A stretch of DNA of 64,000 nucleotides from a virus. How positions within the stretch are numbered: the first letter of the stretch is position 1; each line of letters starts with the position of its first letter. Position numbers and translations under genes: made by a program. The notes under the pieces are model-generated. The model was not told the DNA's origin, did no database searches, and worked only from the letters and a program-made list of their open reading frames with translations. This document shows, one piece after another, positions 38,223 to 46,905 of the stretch. The stretch spans positions 1 to 64,000 of IMG/VR virus record IMGVR_UViG_3300025010_000004. One strand, given 5' to 3'.

Positions 38223-39547
38223 TAAGAGCTTACCTCATACTTTAACTTTCTATAGAATTTGTCTCTGTTGTTAGCAAAAATTTCAGCAAGATACCCCTTA
38301 TCCCTGAAATCTATGACCCAAGGTTTCGGCTTACCATCAACTTTTCTAACAACCCTACCAGTTATTTGCTGTGTATCCTTCAAATTGTTGTTAGGTTTAG
38401 TCATTACAACACAATCAGCCGATGGGAAGTCTACCCCTTTGTCCATTTTTTTAGATACAAACACAAAATCAAGCTGGCCAGTTTCAAACAGGTGCTTGAC
38501 TTCTCTATCTCTTTTAGCTGAAGTTGTGCCTACATAGACTATGGTTCTAGCACCACTCCGAGTCATAACAGTGCTTAGTAGTTTTGCTTGGTCTACTTTA
38601 ATACATACTACAATTGTTCTTCGTTTTTCTGCTAAACACTTTTTAAGTACGCCGTATATAACGGCCATTCGTTTCGCAGATTTAGCCAACGACGGTAGTA
38701 TCTTGCTTCCAAAGTCATTAGGAACCTCGGACTCCCAAGCGACTCCTGTATCGACCCACTCAACTGTAGGAATAAGTGCGTTATTATCAACCATTGTAAC
38801 ACATACCGGCGCTATAAGATCTTCCAGGATTCCTGTTGATAGGTTTTTGCTAAAGAAAGTTGCGCTGCACCCTATGCGGTATTTTGTGTCAAGGCGCATC
38901 ATGACTTCTTTGAAGGTGGCTGCTTTAACAACGTGCGCTTCGTCTATCAGAACGCACCCAAACTTAGAACGCATAGCTGCAAGCAGCGCTGGGTTTCGGT
39001 GCAGAAGCTGGAATGTTGTTAAACAAACATCTCCAAACTTGTTTGATTTTGCGTTTAGAATGTCAATTTTTTTGTTGTAGATAAGATTGTAAGCGTCGGC
39101 CCAGTTGGCTGCGATATTGACTTGATCCGTCAAGAGGAGCGTCTTATTTCCAAGCTGCCCAGCTACGTAAGACATTACAACGGTCTTACCAGTGCCACAC
39201 CCCGCGCTCAAGGTTCCTGAGAATCTTTCTCTGACGTGGTTAAGAAGATTGTTGGCAGGTTCTACCTGATAATCTCTGAATTTAAATTCAGGGTTTAAAA
39301 CAAAAGGAGCAGCGATAGGCTCACCGCTACTCCTGCAATCTACTATCGTGCTCCCCAGCAAACTAGCCACTACTTCTAACTTATGCATACTAGGAGGAAG
39401 ATAAGCAACTCCATCTTTGTACACGTAGTTATAAAATACTTCACCTGTTCTTGAGACGTAGGAAAACATGTTAAGTATCACACCCTTAAGTGCTTCGTCG
39501 TCTGGCAGAACTACTTTGGCCGCATTGCGAACCTCAATTATACTCAT
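38222..39547 (-). CDS. SF2 DEAH helicase (T5 D10/UvsW-like)
   Basis: RDYQ, GTGKT, DEAH, SAT, GVDFP, QITGRVVR. Confidence 0.92.
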   Translation of the reverse strand: MSIIEVRNAAKVVLPDDEALKGVILNMFSYVSRTGEVFYNYVYKDGVAYLPPSMHKLEVVASLLGSTIVDCRSSGEPIAAPFVLNPEFKFRDYQVEPANNLLNHVRERFSGTLSAGCGTGKTVVMSYVAGQLGNKTLLLTDQVNIAANWADAYNLIYNKKIDILNAKSNKFGDVCLTTFQLLHRNPALLAAMRSKFGCVLIDEAHVVKAATFKEVMMRLDTKYRIGCSATFFSKNLSTGILEDLIAPVCVTMVDNNALIPTVEWVDTGVAWESEVPNDFGSKILPSLAKSAKRMAVIYGVLKKCLAEKRRTIVVCIKVDQAKLLSTVMTRSGARTIVYVGTTSAKRDREVKHLFETGQLDFVFVSKKMDKGVDFPSADCVVMTKPNNNLKDTQQITGRVVRKVDGKPKPWVIDFRDKGYLAEIFANNRDKFYRKLKYEVSS

Positions 39548-39556
39548 AAAGCTCCT

Positions 39557-39862
39557 TTATAAGATCCCTTCTTCCTTAGTTCTGAGGTAGTCGAATATGG
39601 CCGAAGCAAAAGTCTCAGGGTCTATGTAGTCTTCCAATATAGGCCACAACAGCGGTCCACTAAGGCCGTCGTCGCTGGCTATAAAGTCTTCTTTGATGTG
39701 GCCCCACCAAGGTTGCTTCTTAGCCCATTTAAGAAGCTCACCGTAGTATTCCCAATCGCTCCAGAATCCTATGGACGATGTTACGCTGTAGTTATTAAGT
39801 CTCTGGAATTTTCCTCCCATTTTTTCAATGAGATAGGTTTCTCTTTCCTCTTTAAATTGCAT
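39557..39862 (-). CDS. Hypothetical protein
   Basis: AAGGAGG RBS. Confidence 0.55.
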   Translation of the reverse strand: MQFKEERETYLIEKMGGKFQRLNNYSVTSSIGFWSDWEYYGELLKWAKKQPWWGHIKEDFIASDDGLSGPLLWPILEDYIDPETFASAIFDYLRTKEEGIL

Positions 39863-39879
39863 ATAGCCTCCTTTGGTGG

Positions 39880-39895
39880 GTAGAACATGTTCTAC
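39880..39895. promoter_or_regulatory. 16-bp palindrome site 7
   Basis: GTAGAACATGTTCTAC; supplies the TAG of 39892..40563. Confidence 0.8.
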
Positions 39896-40563
39896 CTTCT
39901 TTTGTACCCATCAACCTCGTAGAAGATGGCGTTGGTAACATCGCACATAGTAAACTTACCACCGAACACTCCGGCAGTGTCTAGATTAATCCTGTTTTCG
40001 CGTATTTCTGGGCCATACTCGTTAGCTGAGTGCCCGTGGATTACCTTCTTACCGAAGTCATGAAATGAGTATAAGAATTCTCCTCTTATCCATGTCATAT
40101 CTTCTTCAGTTTGCTCTTCTAAAGGAATGCCAGGACGGAGCCCAGCGTGAACAAATAGGTACTCTTCAGTCTCGTACCTATACGGTAGGTCGTTTAGAAA
40201 TTTGTAGTGCTCTTTAGGGAAGTCCTCTATAAACGGCCTTTTAAGCATGCCTGCATTGTAATCTCCTAGGTAGCTTTTAATTGTTGTGTTACCACCATTG
40301 AACAGAAATATGTGGTGGGACAGTCTTCCTTTCAAATATTCTAGTAATAGGTCTTCGTGGTTTCCCCTCAACACTATAGTTTTTGGGAACAACTCTTGTA
40401 TTTTTATCAGAATATCTATCATCTTTTTACTATCAGGCCCTCTGTCGATGAAGTCTCCTAGGACTATTAGCCTGTCTTCTTTGGTAAGCTTAGCCTTTTG
40501 GAGAAGTTGTATGAATTGGTTGTAACACCCGTGTATGTCCGATACTACTAGTAGTCTCTCCAT
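39892..40563 (-). CDS. Ser/Thr protein phosphatase (PPP family, lambda NinI/PphA-like)
   Basis: DIHG, GDFIDRG, RGNHE, HAG, HGH, LDT. Confidence 0.9.
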   Translation of the reverse strand: MERLLVVSDIHGCYNQFIQLLQKAKLTKEDRLIVLGDFIDRGPDSKKMIDILIKIQELFPKTIVLRGNHEDLLLEYLKGRLSHHIFLFNGGNTTIKSYLGDYNAGMLKRPFIEDFPKEHYKFLNDLPYRYETEEYLFVHAGLRPGIPLEEQTEEDMTWIRGEFLYSFHDFGKKVIHGHSANEYGPEIRENRINLDTAGVFGGKFTMCDVTNAIFYEVDGYKRR

Positions 40564-40574
40564 TTTATGCTCCT

Positions 40575-40937
40575 TTAGCTATTTGCATGGTTATATGCAA
40601 TAACTGCTGCTTTTATGTCTTGCCATTGTTTTAGAGTTACTATTGTTGAAGCAGCCTTTGTGCCTTTAAGCTCCGGCTTTTGTAGCACGTAAAAGGTAAA
40701 GGTAGCCCCTAAATAAGATCTTGGATCTATACCATCCATCTGGCTTGTTCCTACCAGTGGGTTATGCGATACCATTCTCACATTCCCGAAACAGAAATCC
40801 TTAGTGTAGCGCAGAGTTCTGGGAGGAGTAGTATCACCAAATTCGTCTTTAAAATGGATCTGCTCTAGCACAGTAACCTTAACCATCTTTCTTTTGTCCT
40901 TGTCTATAAGCTCACCCTTAATCTTGATATGTCTCAT
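40575..40937 (-). CDS. EQTH-family paralogue 1
   Basis: MRHIKIKG...VLEQIHF..EFG...WQDIKAAVIAYN. Confidence 0.7.
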   Translation of the reverse strand: MRHIKIKGELIDKDKRKMVKVTVLEQIHFKDEFGDTTPPRTLRYTKDFCFGNVRMVSHNPLVGTSQMDGIDPRSYLGATFTFYVLQKPELKGTKAASTIVTLKQWQDIKAAVIAYNHANS

Positions 40938-41076
40938 CGTCATCCTCCTCATATAAGTCAGATAGTTCTTCCTCTATTACAGACTTTTCATTTCTACGAT
41001 CATAGTCTTTTATAGAATTCATTCTATGCCCAGGTCTTGGAATAGGCACTCTAATTTGTTTGAAAGGAAGTGCCAT
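40918..41076 (-). CDS. 52-aa protein with acidic tail, not in the ORF track
   Basis: MALPFKQIRVPIPRPG...EEDDDETYQD; start overlaps the upstream stop. Confidence 0.45.
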   Translation of the reverse strand: MALPFKQIRVPIPRPGHRMNSIKDYDRRNEKSVIEEELSDLYEEDDDETYQD

Positions 41077-41264
41077 TATTTATCCTTTACGTATTTTGGG
41101 AGACAGTAAACGTCCCTTATCCCATACATATAGTCCAATTTTTGAAACCTATCCCATGTAATCTTAGCGGACTGCTCGCACGCAGCTCTAGTGGTAAACT
41201 CTTGAGTAGTTACACTAGCTCCGCCATATACAGACATAACTATAAAAAGAATCCAAGTTCCCAT
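41076..41264 (-). CDS. Small membrane/secreted protein
   Basis: Hydrophobic N-terminus; EFTTRAACEQ...YCLPK. Confidence 0.55.
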   Translation of the reverse strand: MGTWILFIVMSVYGGASVTTQEFTTRAACEQSAKITWDRFQKLDYMYGIRDVYCLPKYVKDK

Positions 41265-41286
41265 TTAAATATCCTCCTCTATAAGG

Positions 41287-41490
41287 TCACCTACTAGGCG
41301 GCACGTCCTCCACACCTACTAACCACCAGAAATTTTCGTTTGGGTCATATCTTTCAATTAACGCTACTGTTTCTAACCAATAAATAGTATTTTTGAATGT
41401 GCGCGGAAACCATAAAAATTTTATCCGTGTCCGCTCTTCCCAATCCAGCGGTTTCCCTAGGTTAAATCTCATTTTCACCCCCAACTGCAC
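41287..41490 (-). CDS. Hypothetical protein
   Basis: KFLWFP...YWLE phage-type motif. Confidence 0.5.
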   Translation of the reverse strand: MQLGVKMRFNLGKPLDWEERTRIKFLWFPRTFKNTIYWLETVALIERYDPNENFWWLVGVEDVPPSR

Positions 41491-42827
41491 TCGCTTTTGT
41501 CAAATCTTTCCCTAACAAAAACGCAATGTCTCATGTTATTATCCGCCGTAATCTCTTTGTATATGACTTCAACAATAACCCCCACCATTTTCCCGCGTTT
41601 ATGCCTTAGCCACATATCAAGACCAAGATCATCACCCCACCCACCCATTACTTTACCGGAGATGGTTCCATCTCCTACAAGCATGGTTCCTAGTGAGCCT
41701 TCGTTCTTCGTGCCTTTGGTTCCTTCAAAGCAATCTTCAACTCTAAGATCGGCGGTGTAGAATTCTTTAACTTTTATGTTAGAGTAGCTACGTTTAAACT
41801 GGTAAACATCTTCCTTATCTTTTACCATTATACCTTCTTCATTAGCAGCAACAGCTTCCTTGAACATTCTAACAATATCCTCTTTGTTGTATGCCAGCCT
41901 AGTCACTGACATTTGTATGCTTGGCAAGGGCCTGTCTAGTCTTTCGAATAACCCTGTCAGCTCAGTCTTCCTATACTTAAGAGGCTTGCATGTGCCATTA
42001 GTACCTTGTGTAAGAAAATAGTCATAGTCAATTATATCCCATACCTTGTAGCCCAAGCAGTCACGCATCTCTTTGTCGGGATAGGTTCCTTGTTTGGATT
42101 TAGCCATAGACAGCCCCTGAGCAAACTGCCAATTTTTACCGGCGTCGTAGTTCTTTTTTGCAGTTTTGCAGTTAGGGTTGTATTTAATACCTATCGCCTC
42201 ACCGTCAAGAACAAACTTAGTTCCGGGGCGGAGTTGCATAATCTGAGGAATAAGGTGATCTAGTGTAAGTATTTCAAGACCTTCTCTAGAAAAGAATCGA
42301 ACAGTCTCTCCGTCGCATATCGCAATTACCCTGAAACCGTCGAACTTAATCTCAACTATAGCCGGATATTTAACTTTATCCCAATGCTGTTCTCCAGATT
42401 TAGGCTCAACCATAGGATGGGCCAGCATAACATCAAACACAGGAATTAGATTAGGAAAGGCTTTATTTATAGTGCTGGAGCTTACTCCGGCTTTAAGATC
42501 ACGTTTGATTACTTTCGCTACCCACTCAGCTGATTCTTTAGTGCATTTAGCTAAGAGGCGTTTAATCATACCTCTAGCCTCTGTTGGGGTAGTTGTGTGC
42601 TTGGCTAACAGATCAAGCAGAAGGAAAAGCTCCTGTGATATGTCAGGCTGCACTACGTTGTACGCCACAGGCTCGTCCAACTGCTGAACTCTATACGTCA
42701 AGTAAGGATTGTAGGTGTACCAGAGAAGCTTCTTTAGCGTCTCAGTTTCGTTCTTCCTTAATATTTCTTCTTTTCCATTCTTTGAGGCTTCTTTTGCCAG
42801 CAAAGATAATGTATTAAATTCTTTCAT
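41475..42827 (-). CDS. ATP-dependent DNA ligase
   Basis: EIKFDGFR, VLDGE, VWDI, EGIMVKD, KVKE; OB-fold C-terminus. Confidence 0.93.
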   Translation of the reverse strand: MKEFNTLSLLAKEASKNGKEEILRKNETETLKKLLWYTYNPYLTYRVQQLDEPVAYNVVQPDISQELFLLLDLLAKHTTTPTEARGMIKRLLAKCTKESAEWVAKVIKRDLKAGVSSSTINKAFPNLIPVFDVMLAHPMVEPKSGEQHWDKVKYPAIVEIKFDGFRVIAICDGETVRFFSREGLEILTLDHLIPQIMQLRPGTKFVLDGEAIGIKYNPNCKTAKKNYDAGKNWQFAQGLSMAKSKQGTYPDKEMRDCLGYKVWDIIDYDYFLTQGTNGTCKPLKYRKTELTGLFERLDRPLPSIQMSVTRLAYNKEDIVRMFKEAVAANEEGIMVKDKEDVYQFKRSYSNIKVKEFYTADLRVEDCFEGTKGTKNEGSLGTMLVGDGTISGKVMGGWGDDLGLDMWLRHKRGKMVGVIVEVIYKEITADNNMRHCVFVRERFDKSECSWG

Positions 42828-43177
42828 TATTTCTCCTTGAAGTACTCGTTGTATTGCTCAACTGCTTCTTTTATGGCTGGCCAGAACTCTTGTGGTATAG
42901 GGTACTCTACGCGCTTATCCCAATCTGAGATTCCATTAACGTATAGCTCTGCTCCGTTACTACGCTCAATGAAATGGTCTAGAGGGCCTTCCAGTTCCTC
43001 GTCATAAGGAGAGTCTATTCCATCAGATACTAAATCTATAACCCCCTTATACGTGGCACAAGAGAACCTACTAATACCGTCACCAAAAGTAGCCCCTATA
43101 TTAGTTTGCTCCAGCACTGTAACATAGGCCAGGTTTTTGTCATCAGACAGCCTAGCCCTAACCTTTAAATGCTTCAT
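42827..43177 (-). CDS. EQTH-family paralogue 2
   Basis: MKHLKV...VLEQTNIG..FG...FWPAIKEAVEQYNEYFKE. Confidence 0.75.
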   Translation of the reverse strand: MKHLKVRARLSDDKNLAYVTVLEQTNIGATFGDGISRFSCATYKGVIDLVSDGIDSPYDEELEGPLDHFIERSNGAELYVNGISDWDKRVEYPIPQEFWPAIKEAVEQYNEYFKEK

Positions 43178-43311
43178 CTATCACCTCTTGTGCCGTAATT
43201 AGGATTGATGATTGTGGCTACGCATCTAGGGCAATGCAATACCCGACATACGGTGCAATCATCTTTATTGAAGCTAGTTTCCTTACCGCAGCAAGGGCAT
43301 TTAATAGTCAC
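43174..43311 (-). CDS. Small Zn-ribbon protein
   Basis: AGGAGG RBS, GTG at 43311; CPCC...CPRC. Confidence 0.5.
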   Translation of the reverse strand: MTIKCPCCGKETSFNKDDCTVCRVLHCPRCVATIINPNYGTRGDR

Positions 43312-43327
43312 TTTACACCTCCTAAAG

Positions 43328-43343
43328 GTAGAATATGTTCTAC
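43328..43343. promoter_or_regulatory. 16-bp palindrome site 8
   Basis: GTAGAATATGTTCTAC (1 mismatch); supplies the TAG of the ThyX-like gene. Confidence 0.75.
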
Positions 43344-43831
43344 TTCTTAAATAAATTTCCGCAGCATTTAAGCTCTGGGCACACCCCGTTTCTGAACTCA
43401 CATTCCCTAACCATGTACTTGGGTAGGTAAGGGTCTACTAAAGCAACAGCTTCCTTAATAGCTTGCATCACTTCTTGTGTTTCTTTAGATGCTTGTCCGC
43501 ACAGCCTCTTTCGGGACATATTGATAAGTGCTTCGGCGTTAATTAACATTGAATGATTTATCTTAGTTAGTCGGTTAGCTAACTCACCGCCTCTATCTTC
43601 GCGGTTAGTGCCTACAAAATGCTCAACCCCAAATTTATGACGCACGAGATGAACGGAAATGAAGGTCATTATGTTCGTAATAGAACACCAGAACCACTGG
43701 GTCCGTATTGGGCTATGCATATTTCGATATATCTTATCTAGAGTCATTTTACTTTCTCTACCCCGCATGGTGGCAGAGCAAGCGGCTCTTAAAATTCGTT
43801 CGTCAGTCAACTTTGTAACTGTTACTTCCAT
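43340..43831 (-). CDS. thyX: ThyX-like flavin-dependent thymidylate synthase (short phage type)
   Basis: HSPIR, HLVRH, NAEALI...RLC..A..E, C...G.CPE..CCG. Confidence 0.7.
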   Translation of the reverse strand: MEVTVTKLTDERILRAACSATMRGRESKMTLDKIYRNMHSPIRTQWFWCSITNIMTFISVHLVRHKFGVEHFVGTNREDRGGELANRLTKINHSMLINAEALINMSRKRLCGQASKETQEVMQAIKEAVALVDPYLPKYMVRECEFRNGVCPELKCCGNLFKK

Positions 43832-44148
43832 GCAACAGCCTCTTCATTTTCTATAGAGGCTCCGCCGTCTTCAAGTTCCCCGGACCAATCAATTTGCGCG
43901 CGTATCCATTCCCTAAAATCCTTCGATAAAAACTCTCCCCAACGGTGGGACAGCATCGCTTTGGCCGTAATGTCATTACTGAACTTCCGCAACACAACAG
44001 GCAACTCCTCCACCAGTTCATCGAACATAAAATCTCTACTGTTTACGTAGCCGGTTTGTCGTTTGTAGTCAACGTAATCCAACACGCTGAAAGACGGAGG
44101 TGACGGGAATCCTACGTGTATTAGTGCTTTGACTTCAACTTCTTTCAT
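43822..44148 (-). CDS. Hypothetical protein
   Basis: AAGGAGG RBS. Confidence 0.55.
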   Translation of the reverse strand: MKEVEVKALIHVGFPSPPSFSVLDYVDYKRQTGYVNSRDFMFDELVEELPVVLRKFSNDITAKAMLSHRWGEFLSKDFREWIRAQIDWSGELEDGGASIENEEAVAWK

Positions 44149-44326
44149 GGGCTACCTCCTTGGCTTTTTGGTTATCTCTAGCTAAGGAAAGTAGCAAGTC
44201 TCTGATAACGGTTGATCGGTTGACCTTCTGTGGGGTGAAAGATTTCTTTTTAGCTTCTTCCACCAGTTCGTCAAGCAGAGTGATTTCAGGTGGATAAAGA
44301 GACAGGCTTATTAGTTTGTGGGCCAT
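44135..44326 (-). CDS. Ribbon-helix-helix (CopG/Arc-like) DNA-binding protein
   Basis: MAHKLISLSL strand, LLDELVEE helix, NRSTVIRDLL helix; first gene after a consensus promoter. Confidence 0.7.
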   Translation of the reverse strand: MAHKLISLSLYPPEITLLDELVEEAKKKSFTPQKVNRSTVIRDLLLSLARDNQKAKEVAHERS

Positions 44327-44351
44327 TGGCACCTCCTTGGTTAATTTTTGT

Positions 44352-44380
44352 ATTATATCACAAAATATCAACCAAGTCAA
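44352..44380 (-). promoter_or_regulatory. Sigma70 promoter
   Basis: TTGACT-N17-TATAAT with TG extension. Confidence 0.8.
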
Positions 44381-44733
44381 GCATAAAATGCGTTATATGC
44401 TAAAATGGCGTCCTTTATTTGTGGCCAGGCTTTTACGGGTATTCTTAAAACGAAGGTGTCACGTTCTAGGTCATCATGTCCTTTTAGAAAAACAAGGTAA
44501 CGAGCCGGTGAGGCGAACTTTACCCCTCTAGAGTAGGTTTCAAGTTTGCCTAAATCTACAAACTCCATAAAACTCCATGATAGTAGCACTACTTCGCCAT
44601 ACTGGAAGTACGATGCATACGTGGCGCCTTTTGTAGCAAAATCTGCCCCTATGTGACTCTGCTCTACTATTCTTAACTCAGCTACATTAGTGTTTTTTTC
44701 AAGAATAGAAGCAACAACCTTTATATGTTTCAT
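44377..44733 (-). CDS. EQTH-family paralogue 3
   Basis: MKHIKV...IVEQSHIG.DF...FLKG...WPQIKDAILAYN. Confidence 0.75.
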   Translation of the reverse strand: MKHIKVVASILEKNTNVAELRIVEQSHIGADFATKGATYASYFQYGEVVLLSWSFMEFVDLGKLETYSRGVKFASPARYLVFLKGHDDLERDTFVLRIPVKAWPQIKDAILAYNAFYA

Positions 44734-44736
44734 AAG

Positions 44737-45033
44737 TCACTCCTTGAAGTGTTCGTTGTATGCCAGTACGGCTTCTTTAAATCTAGCGTACTCGCCAATA
44801 GGAAGTAGTATGGGGTTTAGGTCACTTGCTCTTTGCCTTCCGCGCACCCATACCTGGTTGTCACGGCCTTTACAAGGAAGCACAGAACTGCTTAGCACAC
44901 ACCCATTGTGGATAAAGTCCCTGTTTTCTGTGCCAAACTCCTCCTCAATGTGAGTCTGTTCAGTTATTACTACACTAACCTCTTTGTACGAGGGCGGAAT
45001 TAATTCCGCCCTATACTTGATATGCTTGTACAT
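44737..45033 (-). CDS. EQTH-family paralogue 4
   Basis: KHIKY...ITEQTHI..EFG...WVRG...FKEAVLAYNEHFKE. Confidence 0.75.
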   Translation of the reverse strand: MYKHIKYRAELIPPSYKEVSVVITEQTHIEEEFGTENRDFIHNGCVLSSSVLPCKGRDNQVWVRGRQRASDLNPILLPIGEYARFKEAVLAYNEHFKE

Positions 45034-45035
45034 AC

Positions 45036-45770
45036 CTATACTCCTTTTAGAAGCTTCAATGATTTTCCAAGGTTCCTGTTGCCTATATACGGGCGAACAT
45101 ACTGGCTAAAGAACTTGCTGTGCTTGGCCTGTTCTTTTATTTCAGGCGGCATTTTCAAGAACTCCAGTTTGATGGCCCTACGTATGCACTTGGCTCTATC
45201 CAAACTGGTTGTGCCACTGAATATAGCCCATTTGTGCAATAGCACTGGAGGGTCTATGTTTGGAGGACGCCGCTCACATGTACCGTCAGTTTTAACATAT
45301 ACAGAATCAAGCAGCCTCGGCTCCATTTCGGTATAGAGTTCACGGGTCTTAATGAACTCAACAGACTGGTCCTTCGTATTGTATTTAACTATTGGGTAGT
45401 CGTACAAATACGGAGTTATCCTTTTAACTATGGTTTCTGCCTTGTTCATTATGTCCCTCGGCACAACCTTGTATGCCTCCAGCCAGAACACATAAACACT
45501 ATCCCCTTCTACGTACCCTACATTAGCAGGTTTGTAAATGAGTTTTTCCTTCATTTCCTCAAATATCTGCCGCTTCTCCAGACATAAATCTCTATGCCAC
45601 ATGTAGTTTACTGCTGTTGCCAGCTCTCGCTTTACGGCCATATCGTATGCCAGCTGGTAGAAATTTATAGCACCGGCAAAATTAAGCTCCTTCTCCGCTT
45701 CTTTCCCTTTAAGGAAATATACGCGAGATGGGCTTATTCTAAATAGTTTATCTTCTTCTGCTTTTGTCAT
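45036..45770 (-). CDS. Hypothetical protein; C-half resembles the repeat domain of dnd-associated methyltransferases
   Basis: IVKY...VEF...EP.L..SV.V...R...DPPVLLHKW pattern (recalled, not searched). Confidence 0.45.
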   Translation of the reverse strand: MTKAEEDKLFRISPSRVYFLKGKEAEKELNFAGAINFYQLAYDMAVKRELATAVNYMWHRDLCLEKRQIFEEMKEKLIYKPANVGYVEGDSVYVFWLEAYKVVPRDIMNKAETIVKRITPYLYDYPIVKYNTKDQSVEFIKTRELYTEMEPRLLDSVYVKTDGTCERRPPNIDPPVLLHKWAIFSGTTSLDRAKCIRRAIKLEFLKMPPEIKEQAKHSKFFSQYVRPYIGNRNLGKSLKLLKGV

Positions 45771-45805
45771 TGTATCTCCTTCACCTATAGTAGGCTTCTT
45801 AGAAT

Positions 45806-46351
45806 TTACATACTATCTTTGTACAGATCACCTTTGTAAGCAATGTCCAGCATGATAGTAACAAGCATCCTCTCGTCAGGATACTCCTTTACCAGACGTT
45901 CTTCTAGGGTTCCTTCGGACAAACGTTTCGGCCTGTGCCTAGTCATAGATGCGTCTATGTAGTCAGCTATAGCCACTAGTATAGATATATCAAATAGTTT
46001 CTTAATCGTAGGAAAAGAAAACTCTCTGGGTATATCTCTAACATCTATTCCATACCCTCCACCGGATATCATCCTGTGATGCATACCTGAGCATAGCCCT
46101 GTAAATAGCATTCGCTTCTTTAGCTCTAAGTACCCACCTATAGCATGACCTTTAATTAACTCGTACTCTTCCTTAGTTATTTCCCTGTCAGAAAACAGTT
46201 CGTCAGGAAGTTTAAATTTGCCGGTGTCATGGAACAGCCCAGCTAGGAAAGCTGCGTGATGATCTTTTCCAGTCTCTCTCGCAGCTTCCCTAGCAAGTCT
46301 AGCTACACGTACTTCATGTGCAATTATACCGTCAGCACAGGCCTTGTCCAA
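45806..46351 (-). CDS. HD-GYP-like phosphodiesterase
   Basis: HEVRVA, GLFHDTGK..LP..L, EEYELIKGH..GG, HH....G.GYG, IADYIDASMT. Confidence 0.7.
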   Translation of the reverse strand: MDKACADGIIAHEVRVARLAREAARETGKDHHAAFLAGLFHDTGKFKLPDELFSDREITKEEYELIKGHAIGGYLELKKRMLFTGLCSGMHHRMISGGGYGIDVRDIPREFSFPTIKKLFDISILVAIADYIDASMTRHRPKRLSEGTLEERLVKEYPDERMLVTIMLDIAYKGDLYKDSM

Positions 46352-46365
46352 AATAAGCCTCCTTG

Positions 46366-46905
46366 TTAGAAAAAATCGTCTAATACGTACATGTCGTACT
46401 GCGGTGCTGCTTTTTTCTTTTTGACCTTTTCTGCAGCCGGAGGCTTACTAACAGAAGCCTCAACCTTTTCCTTCTTCTCAGGTTTAGGTTGCACCGCAGA
46501 TTCTTTTTTTGCTCTATCAGGGTCCACATGTTCCACGCCTATAACTATAATAGGCGCATCTTTATCTGGAATCTTAACCCAAGGAAGCTCCTTTAAGCTA
46601 CGACCTATTACGTCAGACCTAGCTCCAGCTAGCAGCCTACCAGCCTCACTCAACGCCTCGGTCTTTGTGGCGGCTGGTAGATATGTCTCCACTACGCCAC
46701 AGCCAAGCGCAGATATTACTGTTCTGTAGGCATTCTGTATGTTGCGGTAGTAGTCTTCATTAAGCCCCAGATATCCTCCGTCAACGTCGCACATAACCCG
46801 GCCCCCGTGGCCAGATATACGCCCTACAATGTAGTCGCGGTATTCTTTACCCCCGCGGTGGAAACCAACAGGCTTCGTAGTTATAACCAAATCGCCGTTT
46901 GCCAT
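46366..46905 (-). CDS. Hypothetical protein with K/P/A-rich tail
   Basis: ORF coupled to the upstream gene. Confidence 0.55.
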   Translation of the reverse strand: MANGDLVITTKPVGFHRGGKEYRDYIVGRISGHGGRVMCDVDGGYLGLNEDYYRNIQNAYRTVISALGCGVVETYLPAATKTEALSEAGRLLAGARSDVIGRSLKELPWVKIPDKDAPIIVIGVEHVDPDRAKKESAVQPKPEKKEKVEASVSKPPAAEKVKKKKAAPQYDMYVLDDFF

